Shown one piece after another: positions 1-8,748 of a stretch of DNA of 64,000 bases. How positions within the stretch are numbered: position 1 is the first letter of the stretch; each line of letters begins with the position of its first letter. The position numbers and the translations under genes were made by a program. The notes under the pieces were generated by a model, which was not told the DNA's origin, searched no databases, and saw only the letters and a list, made by a program, of their open reading frames with translations. The stretch is taken from positions 96,001 through 160,000 of the IMG/VR virus record IMGVR_UViG_3300044611_002466, one strand, 5' to 3'. Source of the stretch: a virus.

Positions 1-1054
1 ACACGCCCAGGGCGCGGCGAACCTCCCCCGCCACGAAGCCCTGTACCTCCGGGTTGTTCAGGCGATCCTTCGTCTGGCCCTGGAACTGTGGGTTCTCCAC
101 GAGCACGTGGATGGCCCCTATGAGGCCTTCCCGGACGTCCTCCGCTTCGACGGCTGGCTTGCGTGGGAGGAGGCCCCGCTCCTCCATGAAGTCGCGCACC
201 GTCGCCGCCACGACGGTCTTCAGGCCTGCGACGTGCGTGCCGCCGTCCCTGGTCGGGATGCCGTTCGCGAAGGCCTGCAAGGTCTCGTCCATCTGCCGGT
301 GGTCCGTGGTCCACGTGAGGGCGACGTGCAGGTTGGCGAGCGTGAGGAGGAAGGGGAACTCCGTCACGCTCGTGAGCTTCTCGTCGACGAGGCGCTCCGT
401 CAGCATGTCCGACAGCCCGCCCTTGAAGCAGAACTCCTCCCCCGCCAGGAGGAAGCGTACTCCCGGATTCAGGTACGCCTTCACCTTGACCCGCTCTCGG
501 ACCAGGGCGCGATCGAACACCTGCTCGCCGAAGATCTGCACGTCGGGAGTGAACGTGGTCTTCGTCCCCCGCCGGGTCGCGCGCCCCGTGCGCGCGATCT
601 TGGCCACGCTGGGGATGCCGCGGCGGTACACCTGCGTGTACGTCTGCTCCCCCCTGCCGATGGTGATCTGCAGGCTGGACGACAACGCGTTCACCACGCT
701 GCTGCCCACGCCATGCAGACCACCCGCGTTCTTGTAGGCACCGCCTCCGAACTTCCCGCCCGAGTGCAGGGTGGTGAGGATCACCTCGACGGCCGGCCTG
801 CCGCTCTTGTGCATGTCGAAGGGGATGCCGCGGCCGTTGTCCGTCACCGTCGCCGAGGTCGCCGTGCTGTCCAGCTCGATCTCTACCTCGGTGGCGTGCC
901 CCGCGATGGCCTCGTCGACGGAGTTGTCGACGATCTCCCACAGCAGGTGGTGGAACCCATCCTTCCCGGTGCCGCCCACGTACATGCCGGGGCGTTTGCG
1001 CACCGGGTCCAGACCCTCGAGAACCTCGATGCTCGAAGCGTCGTAACCGCTCAT
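1..1054 (-). CDS. gyrB: Type IIA topoisomerase subunit B (GyrB/ParE-like), N-terminal ATPase part; runs off the window start
   Basis: Absent from the ORF track (edge-truncated). Hand translation from ATG at 1054: MSGYDASSIEVLEGLDPVRKRPGMYVGG..HHLLWEIVDNSVDEA..DNGRGIP..TTLHSGGKF..GGLHGVGSSVVNALS..FANGIPTRDGGTHVAG..PQFQGQTKDRLNN. GyrB versus ParE not resolved. Confidence 0.95.
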   Translation of the reverse strand, partial: MSGYDASSIEVLEGLDPVRKRPGMYVGGTGKDGFHHLLWEIVDNSVDEAIAGHATEVEIELDSTATSATVTDNGRGIPFDMHKSGRPAVEVILTTLHSGGKFGGGAYKNAGGLHGVGSSVVNALSSSLQITIGRGEQTYTQVYRRGIPSVAKIARTGRATRRGTKTTFTPDVQIFGEQVFDRALVRERVKVKAYLNPGVRFLLAGEEFCFKGGLSDMLTERLVDEKLTSVTEFPFLLTLANLHVALTWTTDHRQMDETLQAFANGIPTRDGGTHVAGLKTVVAATVRDFMEERGLLPRKPAVEAEDVREGLIGAIHVLVENPQFQGQTKDRLNNPEVQGFVAGEVRRALGV

Positions 1055-1380
1055 TGTCGTCGTTCCTTCCACGTGAGGCGTAGTGCGGAGAAGTCCTCGC
1101 TCAGCAGCCAGCGCTGGAAGGCGTCGATGACTTCCCGCTGCGGAATGCCGCGAGTCGCCGCGATCCTCCGAATCTCGGTCTCCCCTCGAAGCCGCTCCTG
1201 CAGTACGCGCTTGTCCTCCTGCAGCTCGGACATCTCCAACATGAGCGCGCCCACCAGGCGGTCGTGGTCGCGCACACGCTGGGATGCGTCCAGCAGCTTA
1301 CGCAACAGCTTCTGCTCGAGCTGGGTGGGGAGTCGTTCCTGGGACGGTGGAGTCGCCTCTCCGTTCGTCACAGCGTCCAT
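1051..1380 (-). CDS. Hypothetical coiled-coil protein
   Basis: 109 aa ORF whose stop overlaps the gyrB start (ATGA coupling). Confidence 0.7.
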   Translation of the reverse strand: MDAVTNGEATPPSQERLPTQLEQKLLRKLLDASQRVRDHDRLVGALMLEMSELQEDKRVLQERLRGETEIRRIAATRGIPQREVIDAFQRWLLSEDFSALRLTWKERRQ

Positions 1381-1586
1381 GAGTCACCCTGGAGCGTGAG
1401 CTCCACGCTGCGGGAGCGCTGGTGGTACTGGACGGTCACGGTGGAACTTCCGAGGGCCTCGATGTCCTTTCGGTCCACCAGCAACCCGTCGGGCTGCCGC
1501 ATGAAGCGCTCACCACCTACGAAGGCGGCGAGAACTTCGGCCTTTGATGTGTAGTCTTGTTCTGGCACTGGAGACAGAGTTGGCAC
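1368..1586 (-). CDS. Hypothetical protein
   Basis: GTG start with GGGAGG RBS, downstream of the GNCATAAG box at 1621. Confidence 0.55.
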   Translation of the reverse strand: MPTLSPVPEQDYTSKAEVLAAFVGGERFMRQPDGLLVDRKDIEALGSSTVTVQYHQRSRSVELTLQGDSWTL

Positions 1587-1630
1587 GGTGCAATCCTCCC
1601 ATTAGTACGGATGCACCATGCTTATGACAC

Positions 1631-2374
1631 CTACCTCGGGATCTTCGTCCAGGCGAGCGCCGCAGGCAGAGCCCGCAACGGCTCTGCGAGGTCCATGAAG
1701 TACGGGTACACGCTCTCGTAGTCAGCGCCCAGCGCCCGTCGGAGCCCGGCCCGGGTGCGCTGACCGCGCACTCCGTCCGGCTCCCCGATGTCGAACCCGG
1801 CGCGCAGGAGCAGCGCCTGAACGAGCCGGACGCTCGACTGCCACTCCCCTGCCTGGCCAACGTCGAGCGCGGCGCAGAGGCAGGCCGTCTCGTATCCCAG
1901 GCGCTGATGCACACCGACCCAGTCGTTCCAGCAGTCGAAGTGCCAGCGCTCGCTCTTCTTCTCATCGGGCATGGCGATGATGGGGCTGAACCCGAAGGGC
2001 GCCCCCGTCTCCCACAGGAGGTCCACCTGTCGAGAGGCGGGCTCGTGCGGGAATGCGTTCAGGGTGGCCAAGTCGACCGCGCGGCCCGCCTGGTGGTTGG
2101 ACCTGCCGGGCTTGTTGGCGGCGGCCACCGCCGCCGGCGCCTTCCCCTTACTGCCTCCGGCCTTCCAGGCGCGGAGCTCGTCGAGGTAGGCGGTGTACTG
2201 GTCCCGAAGGACCTGCTGCTGCGGGCACGTGCGCGTCAGCGAGTTGACGACGAAGCGACCCCCGCGGGCCTCAACCGCGGCCTTCCAGCCGAGCAGCTGG
2301 CCGCGCACATCATCGGCGCAGACGGCGCCCTCACCGAGCTCGGGGATGGGAACGAGGGGACGGAAGGCGGGCAT
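1631..2374 (-). CDS. Endolysin: Zn peptidase M15 (VanY-like) plus C-terminal peptidoglycan-binding domain
   Basis: PGRSNHQAGRAVD (SxHxxGxAxD) and ERWHFD Zn motifs; VQALLLRAGFDIGEPDGVRGQRTRAGL is PG_binding_1-like. Start trimmed to ATG at 2374. Confidence 0.85.
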   Translation of the reverse strand: MPAFRPLVPIPELGEGAVCADDVRGQLLGWKAAVEARGGRFVVNSLTRTCPQQQVLRDQYTAYLDELRAWKAGGSKGKAPAAVAAANKPGRSNHQAGRAVDLATLNAFPHEPASRQVDLLWETGAPFGFSPIIAMPDEKKSERWHFDCWNDWVGVHQRLGYETACLCAALDVGQAGEWQSSVRLVQALLLRAGFDIGEPDGVRGQRTRAGLRRALGADYESVYPYFMDLAEPLRALPAALAWTKIPR

Positions 2375-2445
2375 GGACACTCTCCGGAAGGCAGGGGGGC
2401 TGTACGGGGACTCGGCTTCCCTAACAGCAACCCCCACTTAAAGGA

Positions 2446-2469
2446 ACGGCCCCTCCGAGGAGGGGCCGT
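2446..2469 (-). terminator. Intrinsic terminator hairpin
   Basis: ACGGCCCCTCC-GA-GGAGGGGCCGT perfect 11-bp stem just after the stop of 2473-3030, followed by TCCTTTAAG on the minus strand. Confidence 0.75.
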
Positions 2470-2472
2470 CGC

Positions 2473-3030
2473 TCACCACACAACGGCCTCCCGCGCTTCC
2501 GCTTCCTCGGCGCGGACTGCCTGTCCGTACAGGCCACGGAGATGATCGAGCTCAGGGTCGAGGGAGATCCACCCGCCCGGAGCCCCCAAGGTGCGCCGCC
2601 AGTAGGTGTCGTCCCAGTACCCGATGTCCGAGAAGACCGTCCCAGCCTCCTCAAGGGCACGCTCCAGGTCCGCCCCGCGCGGGATGATCACGGTCTTCTC
2701 GTAGCGGTACCGCTCGCCCCGCTCCCCTTCCACGGGAGCCACCGGCTTGAAGATCCTGACTCGTCGCATCTTCACCTCCTTCGGGGCATCCGCCGCCCCG
2801 TTGCACAACGCGTCCACGTACCAAAACCCGTTATTTTCCCTACTCTTGGCGCGGCTGACACGCTCCTGGAGCGCGTGACCCGGAATCAAGACGCGGTAGA
2901 GAACGACCACTCCTCGGTTGTCCTCCCGCTGCTCTCGGCCCGTCACCGTCCCGACCCCTCCCGGGTCGCCCTTCCTGGCCGTAACCCTGGCAGCATCTCC
3001 CAACTCAAATCGGTACATTTCAGCTCCCAT
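2473..3030 (-). CDS. Hypothetical protein
   Basis: 185 aa ORF between the GNCATAAG box at 3043 and a terminator. Confidence 0.65.
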   Translation of the reverse strand: MGAEMYRFELGDAARVTARKGDPGGVGTVTGREQREDNRGVVVLYRVLIPGHALQERVSRAKSRENNGFWYVDALCNGAADAPKEVKMRRVRIFKPVAPVEGERGERYRYEKTVIIPRGADLERALEEAGTVFSDIGYWDDTYWRRTLGAPGGWISLDPELDHLRGLYGQAVRAEEAEAREAVVW

Positions 3031-3134
3031 ATGAGGTACTTACTTATGACCAGAAGGAGCTCCTTGTGCGCGGCCCCCCGGCCCGGCTACACTCTGCCGG
3101 GTTATCGGACGTCCGCCACAGGAGCTCGCAGTAA

Positions 3135-3539
3135 ATGTCCACCGAGACACCCACTCCCAAGCCCATGGATCCTCTTTCCGAGTGGATGCTCGAGATGACA
3201 GCAGCGCTCGAGCGGCTCTCAGCCCGTGTGCAGGCCACGGAGAAGACGGTGGACCAGCAGGGCATCACGCTGGCAGTCAACACCTCGACTGCCGCGGCCG
3301 CGGCCAGCGCGCTGTTGCGCATCGCCAAGGCGGAAGAGGATCGGCTCGTCTTCGATCGGCAGCAGACGGTCTCGCGGAAAGAGGCCGAGGCGGCGGCGAA
3401 GCTACGGTCAGACCAGTGGTTTCAGCGGTTCTGGGAGTCTCAGGCGGTGCAGCTCTTGTTCCTTGGCATCGTGTTGGCCCTCCTCCAGTATTTGGGAGTC
3501 TCTCAGATGATGAACGAGCTTCATTCGGCAACGCCGTGA
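3135..3539 (+). CDS. Coiled-coil protein with C-terminal transmembrane helix (holin/XhlA-like candidate)
   Basis: Long heptad helix then VQLLFLGIVLALLQYLGV; lone plus-strand gene close to the endolysin. Confidence 0.45.
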   Translation: MSTETPTPKPMDPLSEWMLEMTAALERLSARVQATEKTVDQQGITLAVNTSTAAAAASALLRIAKAEEDRLVFDRQQTVSRKEAEAAAKLRSDQWFQRFWESQAVQLLFLGIVLALLQYLGVSQMMNELHSATP

Positions 3540-3686
3540 GCCGAGCTCTCTTTCTGGCCCAGGAAGCGGTCTCCGCCGTACATGGAACGACGCTCCGCGC
3601 ACGAAGTACCTCCGAGACCGATGATGTCGCGTCGAGCATGGTGACGCGGCTGGTGAGGCTCAGGAGGGGTGCGGAGTTAAAAGAGC

Positions 3687-3707
3687 CCCCCTCCCGTGAG
3701 GAGGGGG
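3687..3707. terminator. Hairpin between convergent genes
   Basis: CCCCCTCC-CGTGA-GGAGGGGG; minus-strand tail CTCTTTTAAC. Confidence 0.65.
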
Positions 3708-3740
3708 AACTCAGCCCCGGCGGCCTACCGACCTGCCCTG

Positions 3741-5231
3741 TCAGAGCTCGAGCTTGAGCCGCTCGATCTGCACCCGCAGGCGCCTCGACACACCGCCGAG
3801 CTTGTCGGCCGAGATGCGCACCTCGTCCTCGATGCTCTGCACCGCGGACTTGATGGTGTCGCACTTCTTGATGACGTTCGCGATGCGCTCCGCGAGCTTC
3901 TCGGCCTCCGCGATGTCGGTATCGATCTTCGCGAAGTCGAACTCGGCAGCGTCCTTCTCCTTCGCCGCCTTGGTGATGAGCGCGGTCGCCACGGAGTGGG
4001 CCGCCTCGAGGTAGACGATCGAGAGGGGGTCGGCCGAGTCCCAGACGACGAGGACCGCGTTGCCGATGCGGCGCAGCGGCTTCATGCTGTGCGGGGCCGT
4101 GCGCTTGCTGAACACGAAGACGCCGACCTCGGCGTTCCGGTTCTTCATCCCGAGCTCGATCTCCGCCAAGGCCTTCGTGTCCCCGTAGGACTGATCCTCC
4201 TTGGCTTCATAGACGATGCGCGCACCCGCACCTACCCGGTCCGGGCCGATGGTGATGACGGCGTCGCCGACCTTGCAGTTGCGCACGGTGCCCGTGGTGG
4301 CGCCCGTGGCATCGAAGAGCTCGCCCGCGCCCTCCGCGATGTTCTCCATCTGCTGGAGGAGCTCGAACTCGAAGGCCATGCCGTGCTGGGTTCCGGTCGC
4401 CGCCACCCGCTTCTTCTCGTCGAAGCGCGCGAGCATCTCCAGGACGTTGTTCTGGAAGGCGAGCTGCTTGTCCCCCAGCTCGGTGAACTGGTCGTCGATG
4501 AGGCGACGCATGCGGGTCATGCCGCTGTCGGCGTTGTCCAAGCTGAACTGGTCCACCGTCAGCTTCTGCGCGGCCTCGACGCGTCCGACCAGCCGCGACA
4601 GCGCCGAGTCCGCGTGGTCCAGGGAGAGCTCGCGGCTGAAGTTGGCGTTGCGCTCCGTGATCGTCAGCACCAAGCGAGACAGCGCCGACTCCGGACGGTC
4701 GAGGCTGAACTCGCGGGCGACCGCGAGCCGCTGCTCCTCGATGTTCCGGGCCACCAGCGCCTCCACCTTCCCGTAGAGGCTCTCCCTCTGCTTGGGGTCG
4801 AGCATCTGGAACAGGGGGCTCCCCGTGCCCACCTGCTTGGCGATGCTCTGCGCCATGGGGCCCGTGTCCCCCAGCAGGGCCTGGATCTTCTTCTCCAAGT
4901 CCTTGACCACCTGGTCCTCGCGCTCGAGGAGGCGCAGGGCGCCCTGCTGGAAGGCCCCCGTCTGCGGGTGCAGGTACTGGGTCAGCGAGTTGCCGACCTG
5001 GGTGGCCACGCTCTGCGCGTGGGTGGTGAGCATCTCCCGCACGCCATGCACGATGGCGGCGCCCTCGCGCTTGATGGCGTCGGCGTCGATGACGCCTTCG
5101 GCGCTGCTCAGGGCGAGGACACCGATGCGCATCGCGGTGAGGGCGCGGACGCGCATTGCCTGCTCATCCACGCCGCCGCGCTCGAGGTAGCGAAGGACTT
5201 CGGGGTCGGTGATGCTGAGAACGAGGTTCAT
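3741..5231 (-). CDS. Coiled-coil protein with C-terminal PD-(D/E)xK nuclease-like domain (RmuC/DUF2130-like)
   Basis: Long helical N-terminus; GMAFEFEL..KVGDAVITI..IVYEAKEDQSY matches a restriction-fold E..D..ExK pattern. Confidence 0.65.
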   Translation of the reverse strand: MNLVLSITDPEVLRYLERGGVDEQAMRVRALTAMRIGVLALSSAEGVIDADAIKREGAAIVHGVREMLTTHAQSVATQVGNSLTQYLHPQTGAFQQGALRLLEREDQVVKDLEKKIQALLGDTGPMAQSIAKQVGTGSPLFQMLDPKQRESLYGKVEALVARNIEEQRLAVAREFSLDRPESALSRLVLTITERNANFSRELSLDHADSALSRLVGRVEAAQKLTVDQFSLDNADSGMTRMRRLIDDQFTELGDKQLAFQNNVLEMLARFDEKKRVAATGTQHGMAFEFELLQQMENIAEGAGELFDATGATTGTVRNCKVGDAVITIGPDRVGAGARIVYEAKEDQSYGDTKALAEIELGMKNRNAEVGVFVFSKRTAPHSMKPLRRIGNAVLVVWDSADPLSIVYLEAAHSVATALITKAAKEKDAAEFDFAKIDTDIAEAEKLAERIANVIKKCDTIKSAVQSIEDEVRISADKLGGVSRRLRVQIERLKLEL

Positions 5232-5500
5232 GGGGTCTCCGGGGGGCTCGGGTAGTCGGACTCGAAGAGGAAGAGGGGCTTGTACTTGTCGACGGAGGGG
5301 CCAGAGCGCACCGTCCCCACGCCGACCTGGCCGATGTAGCCGCAGAGGCAGGTGAAGAAGCTCGGAAGGTCGGGGTTGCTGTCGCAGCTGAGCAGCATGA
5401 CGGCCTTTTCACAGTCAGGGCAGTACGAGCTGCCCATCTCGGTCAAGGCGTAGCGAGGCGGTGTGGGAGGAGTCTCGATGAGTTGGAGGAGCTGATCCAT
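5228..5500 (-). CDS. Small Zn-finger-like hypothetical protein
   Basis: CPDC...CLCG; stop overlaps the start of the next gene. Confidence 0.55.
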   Translation of the reverse strand: MDQLLQLIETPPTPPRYALTEMGSSYCPDCEKAVMLLSCDSNPDLPSFFTCLCGYIGQVGVGTVRSGPSVDKYKPLFLFESDYPSPPETP

Positions 5501-5522
5501 GTCGGTCCCGTGCTTAGAGTGC

Positions 5523-5882
5523 CTACCGCAGCCGGCGAGTCCTTCTCTTTCGGCGGTAAGAGATTGGAATGGTGGAGAGGTCGAGGAGGGAGGGTCCTTC
5601 ATGCGCTTCCTGTATGAGGGTATGTTTCCAGTCGGCGGAAGTGCGCTTCAGTCGCCACTCCACACGAAGTGCGTGTCTCTTGTCGCCGATGAAATGCACG
5701 TAGACGAGCTCGACCGGCCGACGCCTGCTCGTGAAGCGGGCGCCACCGACGATCTCACCATTGTGCTGTCGTACACGTCGTTCCGGGTCGATGGAGGCGC
5801 CACAGTACAGACGTCCGTCCGCACATCGCACCATGTAGACCCACCAACCCGGGGTCACGTAGTGGTCCCGTCCACGTTGCAC
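5523..5882 (-). CDS. GIY-YIG nuclease (YhbQ/SLX1-like)
   Basis: WVYMVRCADGRLYCGASIDPERRVRQHNG..GGARFT..RPVELVY..ALRVEWRLK. Confidence 0.9.
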   Translation of the reverse strand: MQRGRDHYVTPGWWVYMVRCADGRLYCGASIDPERRVRQHNGEIVGGARFTSRRRPVELVYVHFIGDKRHALRVEWRLKRTSADWKHTLIQEAHEGPSLLDLSTIPISYRRKRRTRRLR

Positions 5883-6055
5883 ATGTAGCTGTCCAAGACG
5901 CGGATGCGCCCCGCCTTCTTGGGCGTCAGGTAGATCACGATGCGCAACGCGCGCTCCTCCGTCTCAGCGGCGGAGTCTCGGTGCGCGAGGATGACAGAGG
6001 AGACCTCTGTTGCCGTCGTGAGGTCCTCGAAGCGAACTGCGCGCCACTTCATCAT
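5855..6055 (-). CDS. Hypothetical protein
   Basis: ATG at 6055 overlaps the upstream stop (ATGA). Confidence 0.5.
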   Translation of the reverse strand: MMKWRAVRFEDLTTATEVSSVILAHRDSAAETEERALRIVIYLTPKKAGRIRVLDSYMCNVDGTTT

Positions 6056-6444
6056 GCACGCTCCTTGCTCATCTTCACCCACGGCACCGATTCCGCAGGG
6101 AGCATCGCCCATCGCAACGCGAGGTAGAAGGGGTACTCCTTCATGGAGTAGCTGCCATTGCGGTAGATGGTCCACTGGTCAGGGAGCACGACCTCGCAGA
6201 TCTTCGTGGAACCATCTGGAGAAGTCCAAGTCCACTTGTCTTCATCCGACCGCCAACCAGCCTGTCTCGCAGCAGCCACAGCACTGCGATTGAGGAACCA
6301 GCGACGCTGTCGCTGAAAGACCGACCAGCCAACGGAGACAGCGATGGCCAGCGAGATGGCGCCCAGAACGAGCTGACCGACGACGATGGCCAGTGCGCCG
6401 TAGATGTTGAGGATTGAGACCATCAACGTGTCGTCGCTGCTCAC
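6052..6444 (-). CDS. Membrane protein (N-terminal TM helix)
   Basis: GTGA overlap; ILNIYGALAIVVGQLVLGAISLAIAVSVGW hydrophobic stretch. Confidence 0.55.
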   Translation of the reverse strand: MSSDDTLMVSILNIYGALAIVVGQLVLGAISLAIAVSVGWSVFQRQRRWFLNRSAVAAARQAGWRSDEDKWTWTSPDGSTKICEVVLPDQWTIYRNGSYSMKEYPFYLALRWAMLPAESVPWVKMSKERA

Positions 6445-6929
6445 GACGACTTCGCCTCGAGACGGTCCAACCTGTCCAGCAGGAGGCGCATGTCGTGGAT
6501 CGCGTTTCGACCGTGGCGAGGATCCCGATCGTGGTACCCGAGGTACACGTTCGCCTGTTCGTTCTTCTCGAGGAGGCGTCTCAGCTCCTTGATCGCGGCC
6601 TTCTCCCTCTCGTCCTTGTGGTTCCACCCACAGCGCAGGCAGACATGACGGTCGTCGTCGGACAGCGGAGCCACGAATGAGGTGCACATGGCTGCGGAGC
6701 GCTTTCCACCAGCGTAGGCGTTCTCGCGCAGCCACTTCAGCTGGTCGACGTCGGCTTGGTTGAGGGGATGATAGTCATCCCACTCTCCGAGCTCGAAGGT
6801 CTCCACCTTTCCGACTCTGGGGTGGATGCAGTCGTTGGGGAAGTTGGCGGCATGAAGCTCCTCGACAACTTCCTTGGCGCCGAGGCCGGCGTGGTCGATG
6901 ACGACAGCGGTGAGGATGTGGGCTTTCAT
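6441..6929 (-). CDS. Hypothetical protein
   Basis: ATGA-coupled ORF starting MKAHILTAVVID; internal CLRC. Confidence 0.6.
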   Translation of the reverse strand: MKAHILTAVVIDHAGLGAKEVVEELHAANFPNDCIHPRVGKVETFELGEWDDYHPLNQADVDQLKWLRENAYAGGKRSAAMCTSFVAPLSDDDRHVCLRCGWNHKDEREKAAIKELRRLLEKNEQANVYLGYHDRDPRHGRNAIHDMRLLLDRLDRLEAKSS

Positions 6930-7219
6930 TCGTCGTCCCTCGGTCCCAGACGACGAAGACCACTCGTCGTCATGATGTAGCCGTCCACCGAGAGGGCGTA
7001 AGCGAGCCCATTCCATGGAGCAGGGGGCAGTCGGTCAGCGAGGGCCACCTCGACAGCGCGCAGCCGCAGGCGGAACTCCGTGGCGAGGAACTTCGACACA
7101 TCCTCGTACCCTCCTTTGGGACACGTCGCCCCCGCATCGGGAGGCCCCTCGATGGGCTCGTAGAGGCGTCGCATGGCGTCTGTGACGGGATCTGACTCTG
7201 GCACCATAGGCTCTTTCAT
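6926..7219 (-). CDS. Hypothetical protein
   Basis: ATGA-coupled ORF with GGAG RBS. Confidence 0.5.
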   Translation of the reverse strand: MKEPMVPESDPVTDAMRRLYEPIEGPPDAGATCPKGGYEDVSKFLATEFRLRLRAVEVALADRLPPAPWNGLAYALSVDGYIMTTSGLRRLGPRDDE

Positions 7220-7479
7220 GGGGTCTCCGTTTTGATCATGAAACTCCTGCACCAGCAGGATTCGTCGCGGCACTCGACGTTCCTGGCTGCCGCGTTCTTG
7301 TGTCGACGGCTGATCGCCTCTGGTGTGGCCTCGTGCAGGGCCTCCTCCACACCCATCCATGCGCGAAGGTTGCCGTGCCCAAGCACGGTGATGATCTTCT
7401 TGGGGAGAGCGGGGATCTCCTCGATGAGCAACTCCCCGCTCCCGGCGAAGGTGTAGACCTTTCCAACTTCGAGCTTCAT
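7216..7479 (-). CDS. Hypothetical protein
   Basis: ATGA-coupled on both sides. Confidence 0.6.
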   Translation of the reverse strand: MKLEVGKVYTFAGSGELLIEEIPALPKKIITVLGHGNLRAWMGVEEALHEATPEAISRRHKNAAARNVECRDESCWCRSFMIKTETP

Positions 7480-7976
7480 TCGTCGTCATCCTCTGGGTCT
7501 CTCAGGTCGTAGACATAGATGTCCTGGTCCTTGAAGTTCCGAAGGAGAATGCCCCCGACGACGGACCACTTGCCGCCGGCGAGACCACACCCGAGCCGTG
7601 GCATGCCGATCTTCGGGCGATCTCGCCACGACTCCAGTTGATTGGCGAGTCCTCCGATGGCGCGCTCCAGTGCCACGTAGTCGACTTGCCGGCCCCCACG
7701 CTTCACACCCCGGCCTCCGTAGTTGTACTGGCCGTAGAGGTTCACGACCGTGACGTCGCCATGGCGCTGCGAGCGGTCGACACAGCTGACCATCTCGTAG
7801 GTTCCCAGCTTCGCCATGTCCCCTCTGGTGGTGTTCTGGTCGGCCTCGTAGGCCTCCGGGAACTTGTGTCGGATCTGCAGCGCGATGCCCGCACCGAAGG
7901 CGCAGAAGCAGTTGCAACAGTGGACCATCACGTTGCAGTCCGACTCGAGAAGGTCGCCCACCACGTAGTGAATCAT
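7476..7976 (-). CDS. Macrodomain protein (ADP-ribose binding/hydrolase, Poa1/DarG-like)
   Basis: VVGDLLE..VHCCNCFCAFGAGIALQIRHKFP..VVNLYGQY..IGMPRLGCGLAGGKW; true start is ATG at 7976 (166 aa). Confidence 0.92.
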   Translation of the reverse strand: MIHYVVGDLLESDCNVMVHCCNCFCAFGAGIALQIRHKFPEAYEADQNTTRGDMAKLGTYEMVSCVDRSQRHGDVTVVNLYGQYNYGGRGVKRGGRQVDYVALERAIGGLANQLESWRDRPKIGMPRLGCGLAGGKWSVVGGILLRNFKDQDIYVYDLRDPEDDDE

Positions 7977-8296
7977 TGACGAGCTCCTTTTCCGAGTTTG
8001 CAGTGAGGGTAGCGAGCACGCACGTGCAGCACAGCTCCGGCCCGGCTGTGGCTGCGGAAGGTAAAGTCGATGGCACCGTCTTCGCTCGCGCACCAGTACA
8101 GCGGGGCCCCCAGCCCGAAGTAGGCGCCGTGTTTGTCGTAGCCCTGGCTGTCCAGGCGTACGCGCCGCAGGTACATCTTGCCGTCGTACGGGGCGCTCCC
8201 GGGCGGAGCGACGGCCGGCCTCCCATGTGCTGTGCCTCGGGAGGCCTCGCCCATCCACCCAGCCGGCGCATGGGTCTTGTAGTCCGGCTTGCTCAT
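7973..8296 (-). CDS. Conserved phage hypothetical protein
   Basis: LRRVRLDSQGYDKHGAYFGLGAPLYW resembles a motif recurrent in phage proteins; ATGA-coupled. Confidence 0.6.
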   Translation of the reverse strand: MSKPDYKTHAPAGWMGEASRGTAHGRPAVAPPGSAPYDGKMYLRRVRLDSQGYDKHGAYFGLGAPLYWCASEDGAIDFTFRSHSRAGAVLHVRARYPHCKLGKGARQ

Positions 8297-8748
8297 CGTG
8301 GTCGTGCTCCTGGAAGGCCGAAGTAGTCCTTGATGATCTGCGAGTACTCCCGCTTGGGGGGCGGCGGAAGCTCCCGCTCTTCGCGTCGAGCCGACCTTCC
8401 ATTCCGCACACGAGGGGCCAGATCCTCCACCAGGAGCGCAGGCGTGACGGCGCGGTCGTCGAAGGTCCAGATGCCGTATGGACTCGAGGACTGCTGCAGA
8501 TGAGGAGGCAGCCTCTCAACCAGGGCCGCTTCCGTCTCGAAGACGACGTCAGCCTTCCGCCAGTAGTAGTAGGCGTCGGTGTCGACATGCACGTCGACCG
8601 AGGTACCGAACCAGACCAGCAGACAGGCCGCCAGGTCGCTGGGACCCCTGACGTACACCGCCATGCCGCGCGGAGTCCCCTTCTCGTAGAGGTAGCCTCC
8701 CCAGTTCTGGGTGTACTTGGCCAAGAAGAGCAGGTAGTACGTCTTCAT
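8293..8748 (-). CDS. Hypothetical protein
   Basis: ATG at 8748 with GGAGGAAGG RBS, overlapping the ssb stop. Confidence 0.6.
   Translation of the reverse strand: MKTYYLLFLAKYTQNWGGYLYEKGTPRGMAVYVRGPSDLAACLLVWFGTSVDVHVDTDAYYYWRKADVVFETEAALVERLPPHLQQSSSPYGIWTFDDRAVTPALLVEDLAPRVRNGRSARREERELPPPPKREYSQIIKDYFGLPGARPR

Noticed and set aside
107-1399. Long plus-strand ORFs (54-737, 107-1399) opposite gyrB
   Set aside because: Antisense shadows of a GC-rich coding strand; the minus frame gives clear GyrB motifs.
3696-5255. 519-aa plus-strand ORF and similar long antisense ORFs (9293-10597, 45203-46789, 48008-49309, 38800-40188)
   Set aside because: Each mirrors a real gene on the other strand and reads as typical antisense text rich in L/V/H/R/G, with no motifs or RBS.
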